Source: Tubiluchus corallicola
Taxonomy: Eukaryota; Animalia; Priapulida
DNA: 64,000 nucleotides
Assembly (NCBI GenBank): GCA_030141605.1
Contig: JAQGDQ010000044.1
Span: 496,001-560,000, forward strand
Direction: 5' to 3'
Every line of letters starts with the position of its first letter. Positions within the stretch are counted from its first letter, which is position 1. Below, piece by piece: positions 58,301-64,000 of this stretch. The position numbers and the translations under genes are program-made. Below the pieces are notes generated by a model that was not told where the DNA came from, ran no database searches, and saw nothing but the letters and a program-made list of their open reading frames with translations.

Positions 58301-61300
58301 TATAAAGAATTACCACTAAATTGCTTTGGCATGGTTAGGTTTAAGATTAAATAAAAAAATATTCAATTCTGAATGAAACACAGCAAAGCAGACGGCGAGA
58401 GTGCATCGTCAGAAGGCATGCTATATATAGTCTACATCTCATAGTCTAGAGCTCCTGTAATTTAGATCTATAGTTTTTATAAAGTATAACCAATATTGAT
58501 AACTTTTTTGGGCTTCCCATTTTTTAGATGGCCTGATATAAAGTCGGTCATAAAACATTAGGTAAGAACGTTTGTTTTTTTTGTGTAAATTGTCAAATAT
58601 GACGAAACCTTAGGATGATTTCCTTGGCTAGGTCTTCTTTGGCTTCTTCAATGATGACATTCTAGTGTCTTTCTCTATATAATATGTGCAACATAAGAAT
58701 TAATGTATATTAGACTTCTAAAGTGCGTGTTTTGAATGTTAGTGTTTAGCTTTGGAAATTAAATTTGATATTGTTCTTTGTTAATTACGCTTTGATTGTT
58801 GTTCCCAGGTCCTGCAGGATGCAAAGAACATGTACAAAAAGCTCCGTGTAATCCTGTGTCAAAGGGACAGTGTAACTGGCTGCCTATACTTTATAGAACG
58901 GTAAGGTTTTGCTAGTTTTCCATTCAGAGATTTCTTCGGCTGCACAACCAGCATATATCATATGTAACAAACACCTGAGACTTAATTTTCTTTCAATTTA
59001 ACATAAGTGGTTCGCAATGCTGCTGGTCTCATTGCCAGAGTTGGAAAATATGATCACATTGCACCAATTCTAATAGAGTTAAAGTTCCAAATTCAATTTA
59101 AAATTCTTTGTATCACCTACAAAGTACATCATGGTTTAGCGAATGCATATCTTACTGATCTTTGATACACCATAGCATAGATGGAATACTTCATTCTGAT
59201 AAATTTATTTATGTCAGGCAGTTCCAAATACAGTATTCTTTGGTGAAAAAGCTTTTCTGTCTGCACTTCATGTCTCTGTAATAACTTACCTGTTGCTGTA
59301 TGCTCTGCAAACTTATTAGATTCTCTTAAACAAAATCTTAAAACACATTTGTTTAGCTTGTACTTTTCACAGTGAATTAATTTCTAATTTTTCTCAAACG
59401 GAGGCAAGATGATTTTTCATATACTACCCCATTTTCAAGTCCGATAAAAAGTATACATTTTAACACATTTGATACTGCAAAAGCATTTCTGATAGTAAGT
59501 AATAGATTAAAAACTTAATTAACGACGGGCGAGTCCAACTGTTGATAATATCAGACTATCTGATATTAGACTACTGTAACTTTAAAACCAAGTGCCCTAC
59601 AAGTTGAAATTTAACAGCCTGATACTACAATACTGACTTTTGACCGTCAAAGTTACAAGTTTATAGCTTAACGTATGGTCGTAAAACTGTTACCTGTTAA
59701 AAATTTAAGTGCTTGAACAATTTCAACTAATCATCATTTGAAAAATAAGGTATTAATAAAGATTTTTTGTCAAGAAAGTGGAACTTAAAGTGAGACAGGA
59801 TGATTTTTCATATACTGCACCACTTTCTAGTCCGAAAAGTGTACATTTTAACACCATTAATATTGTAAAAGCGTTTCTGATAATTAAAGAATGGATTAAA
59901 AACTTAATTAATGGCGGACGAGCTCAACTATTGATTACTCACAAACTAGCATAATTTTCAACAGCAAAAATATTCTACGAGTGTGTTGCACGTGTTTGTG
60001 AAAGCGATAGTTGAAGTACAGTGCTACTGGAAGATATTCAGTGTGTTGTATTAAAACTAGGCATGTTTTATGATAAAAATCAAATTTCAAATTTACCGCT
60101 GTGCTCGCGCATGAGCTGTCGAATGTGCGTATTTTGTCAGAAACTAACACAGCTGAACTGAGAGGTACAGTACCTGCTTTTGTGTAATGCGTTTCTGAAA
60201 GGCAGGCGCTAGTGCCCGTCTAACTACGGAATGGCGAAATGCACGTAACAGCAAACAACTAGTGGCACAAATGCAAAGTTGTATTTGTGTGGTAATAATT
60301 CTTTCACGTAAGTTCTTTCATGACAATTCTCTCTCATTTTTGAAAAAAATGTGTGTTCCCTTTCAATATTTTAAAGAATAGATTGTTTTGACCTGCAGTT
60401 TAAGATTGGGTCCGATTTTGCTTTAATGTATTTTAAATTTTAATGTATCTTATGAATTTTAAATATATTTAATTGTTTAGCGTTCAGAGATTTTAAATGA
60501 TGTAGTGCTCTGTACAAATAATTTTTTCATTCATTCATTTGTGACACAGACCATCAAATGTTGTCTGGTTTTTGCAATTCTAAATTAAATGAAGGATTAT
60601 TTAGTGCTTATTGCGTGCCTAATCAATTATTCTAATAATTTGCTGAATTGGCCTGAACATGCAGATTAGGCTCAACTGTAGATCATATAAAAATTGTCTT
60701 TCTTGATAAAATCTGATGATAAATGCGATTTATTAACTGGAAAATAGTGCTTTGTCAGTTTAGTGAAATTACTCTAGAGTTCACTTCTGTCCTTTGCAGA
60801 ATTTGGGAACTAACACTTGACTAACTTTGTGAATGCAACAATTACAACTTAGCCAAATGAACATTTTTTACATTTCTTCTCCACTAACCCTGCCGTTAAA
60901 CAGAGTTGCGTTTTGTATTTTTGAAATGTAGTTATCATTGGATTTTAAAAACAACTACTGCAGCAGGATTTACCTGAACTAAATTGGAGTTCATTTGATG
61001 CTGAAATATCTGTCATTTGCAAATATCCAAGTATTTTATTCATCTCAGTAAACTCGACTTTAGAAGCTTGTTTTGAGCAAAGCCACTACCAGGCTACTTT
61101 ACTCTCCAAATAAACACATATTTGTTAAAAATAATTGTGTAATTCATGAATTCTGTTTTCTTGTGTTCGATGTTAAAAGTTTGCATTTTTGATAACAGGT
61201 GGCGCTATGCATTTTATTGTTTCAGACGCGCAGAAATTTGAGCATGAAGCTTCCTGTCGCTCAGATACAACATGCTTGGCCGGTTACTATGGTTACGGGC

Positions 61301-61375
61301 ATAGTAACAACAGTTGGCTGCACATTCCTCATTGTTTTTGTGATTGCAAAGAAGACAAGACGAAAGAAAGAATGA
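55392..61375 (+). CDS. PIGX: Phosphatidylinositol-glycan biosynthesis class X protein (GPI mannosyltransferase I subunit), 5 exons
   Basis: Exons 55392-55552, 56569-56707, 57588-57804, 58809-58900, 61226-61375. Signal peptide, GFHRDL, CRLLLIETIPSGIYLD, DVEAPEHLSKE, LPIHGRYQR, NPRLLIIC, APC..C.W, C-terminal TM and a basic tail RRKKE, all colinear with PIG-X. Confidence 0.92.
55615..55709 (+). repeat. 95-nt hairpin (41-bp stem, 13-nt loop) in PIGX intron 1
   Basis: Arms 55615-55655 and 55669-55709 are complementary, with 3 non-Watson-Crick positions. Confidence 0.85.
59005..59360 (+). mobile_element. Decayed CR1/L2 LINE 3' RT fragment
   Basis: Traces of RNAAGLIA..KYDHIAPIL, FKILCITYK..HGL, EKAFS, NNLP and KQNLKTHLF. 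Confidence 0.65.
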
Positions 61376-61631
61376 CTGATACTTGCTCAGGACCACTGAT
61401 GTGTTACTATGGATACTGTGATATTGAACAGCTCACCGGCAGCTTTCTCGGACATATGTTCAAAATATTGCTGTTGCTACTAACTCTATTAATTACTTTG
61501 TCTTTGATTTAATTTGTCAAGGTGCAAGAGGGAGGTGCTAAGTATAAGATGTTAAAGAAAAATTACTAATGGTGAAGCTTACATTTTACTTTTGCACTTA
61601 GTTTTATAATATCCATATGAAATGTCAAATA

Positions 61632-62451
61632 CAGTAGTCGCCGCTTAATAGACTCAATCACTTGATTGACTCAAAAACGCCTGGAACGGGCCTCTTCTAC
61701 TCAAATATACATAAAAACTATCAGTAATTGACTCAAATAACTTCGCTTAATTGACTCAATATTTTTCCTTCACGTACTTAAAATAAGACATTTGTACGTG
61801 TCCAAAGAGCCATTCCTACTTTTATGTCATCTTTACTTCCCTTTTGTGCACTACATATGTAGAAACAATCAGGCTAAGTACTGTTTTGCTTGCAAACAGG
61901 TACGTTTATCATGCGCTAATATGCTAGCATAGTGGTTTTGCTTTGAATCTGTTACCCGCTCGCCCACTCCAATTAACCTCGTTACCCAAAGAATTTCTGG
62001 AAGCTAAACATCTAATAACTTGCCTAGCGGTTTCCTTTTGATGTTTTAGTTGCGAATCACTCTTTCCGGCTTAATGAGTTAATAGTCAAAGATGCAGGTA
62101 CAGTACATTTACTGGCTATGTCATGAAGCAATATAAGTGAGCAGGCGATTCAGAACTGTTTTAGTCATGCCCAGTTCAGACGTGTGTGATTTAGAAAAGT
62201 ATACTTTTTAATTTATTGTTAATTCGCTTATATAAATTAATATTTTAAAATATTTTTTTCTAATTTTTAACTGCACAAAGGAATTTAGGCATTAGTTCGT
62301 TTCTAGAATTGATTAAAAGCCTTTGCAGTGCATAGTAAGCTGATGACTCATACTTCTATAGTAGTAATACTACGCCCATCGGTTAATAGGTTCAGTCGGT
62401 TAATTGGGTCAAAACACGTCGGTCCCAAAGTCTATTAGGCGGTGACTACTG
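61632..62451. mobile_element. Tc1/mariner-pogo (Tigger-like) MITE, 820 bp
   Basis: 23-bp TIRs CAGTAGTCGCCGCTTAATAGACT and AGTCTATTAGGCGGTGACTACTG (2 mismatches) with TA duplications at 61630-61631 and 62452-62453; subterminal TTGACTCA repeats. Confidence 0.85.
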
Positions 62452-64000
62452 TATTTACATAAATTGTTTGTCATGAAGACTAACGAAAATTAATGAAAAC
62501 GAATAACGAAAGTCTATGCAGCTGATTGAATCAACAGTAGGTTTAGCTATGATACTGTACATATGTGCATTATGTTATGACCCATAATAAGTTGTAAAAA
62601 CAATCTTCTAAGCTGTGGACACTGTTTACAACAAATGGGACGGGGGCTGGCGACAGCAGTATTACAAGTGTTTTTTATATTGAAAAATGTCATGTTGGCA
62701 GGACTTTGAGAAATCATATAAAACTGTGTTTCGTAGTAACAAGTTTCGTATTAACCATTAGTGAATAAAGTGATTAGATAGGTTTTATTATAACCTTGGC
62801 AGGGACATACTAAAATCATCGTACTACCAAGAGTTTCATTATAAGCCAAATTGTATTACCGGCATTTGACTGTATAACTTTTTTTCACTCTTATCATGTT
62901 AAGTGTTCAGAACATCTATGTGGTAAATGTGCCAAAATATTTCTGTAGTAATTTTTATATTTGCATCGACATGGAAATGAGCTCGAGCCAGACATTTAGC
63001 TACTGAATGCAGATGATATAAATGTATGTTACTTTGTGTTTACGTATTTATTGAGCCACACTATTGTGTTTTTTAGTGACTCGTCTCATCTGCTGGACCC
63101 ATTTGTAGTTATGAGTTCTGTAAAAATATCAATTTTTAATATTCAGCATTCCTCTCTTTTGAGTTTTTTAGTTATAGTGTTAATAGATAACATCCTGTAT
63201 GATAAACTGTTCATTTATCATCACTTGTTGTTCATCATCATTTGTCATCATCAAACAAACTACTCTATTTTGTATATTATTTATGTTAATTGTCTGGATG
63301 GCTTACTTTTTGATGTTTTTGCCATGTATTGGTTCTCCAAACATATCTCCAAATTATAAATGCAATTATATTGTTTCAAAATTGTGACGTGTGTTGAATA
63401 AAAAATAAAGTTAAAAAGTTAAATGTTAAAATTATTAATATGCTGCAAAACTTGGCTTTTACAAATTAATTACTGTTGTGTGCTTTGTTACTGTTGGCAT
63501 TTTTCAAGTGTAAATAAATATGTATTAAACGGTTTCAAACAATTATATCAGTTTTGTTTACTCGTTTGCGAAGTGTGAAGAGGCCGGTTTGCTGTAATAC
63601 GCTTTTTGGTTGTTTGAAAAAGAGCTGTAGCTCAACTTGTAAAACATTGTTCTCAGCCTGTAGCTTGGAAGCTGAAATTTGGCCATAGTAGCATTTTATT
63701 TCTCAAAGCCTATGTGATCGGGGGACAGAGTTGAGTAAGCGGAAACCAGAAACACGCGTAACTCCAGTTATATGAGCATTCCTGATTAGCTTGAGTAGTT
63801 ATTAACCAGGATTAGGACTAGATAATGTATGTCAGTAAAGAAAAGACAGTTAATTTTTTATACAATAGTTTTGTCATGGACAGAAATCAAGCAAAGCAAC
63901 ATGTGCAAGCTCTGTATTTGAAATGGACTGATTTGTACCCTTGACAACACATACATGGTATAAACATTACAGCATTCATATACACCATGGATGGCTATTG

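Noticed and set aside
59405-59935. Two diverged ~145-bp direct repeats; similar short repeats at 29230-29415
   Set aside because: Probably decayed transposon subterminal repeats; boundaries and family cannot be supported.
61189-61512. Cys-rich ORF with a hydrophobic C-terminus overlapping the last PIGX exon
   Set aside because: Alternative-frame shadow of PIGX with a non-ATG start; no splice route into this frame was found.

Overview
AT-rich, intron-containing invertebrate (metazoan) genomic DNA. It holds four host genes reconstructed by eye from splice sites and family motifs: a 9-exon CHST15-like Golgi carbohydrate sulfotransferase (-, 1384-8217), a 2-exon soluble flavin-containing monooxygenase (-, 12098-13525), a 13-coding-exon SLC6 Na+/Cl- amino-acid (GlyT/PROT-like) transporter (+, 19876-53294) and PIGX (+, 55392-61375). 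The SLC6 introns are inflated by three insertions: a BEL/Pao LTR retrotransposon (21258-27532), an env-carrying Ty3/Gypsy element (32893-45660, -) and a deleted hAT element (48931-50357). The standout observation is that the BEL/Pao element carries a complete, intronless glycogenin catalytic domain embedded inside its gag, between an N-terminal SAP/coiled-coil region and the capsid/zinc-knuckle region. That domain keeps the DxD motif, the acceptor Tyr and the HF...KPW motif, which suggests a retrotransposon lineage with a potentially self-glucosylating Gag. This copy is frameshifted and has an abnormal 16-bp target duplication. Also present are a related Gypsy solo LTR, MITEs, LINE fragments, a 35-bp minisatellite with higher-order structure, a perfect 374-bp inverted repeat and microsatellites. 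All calls are from manual reading; no database searches were run.
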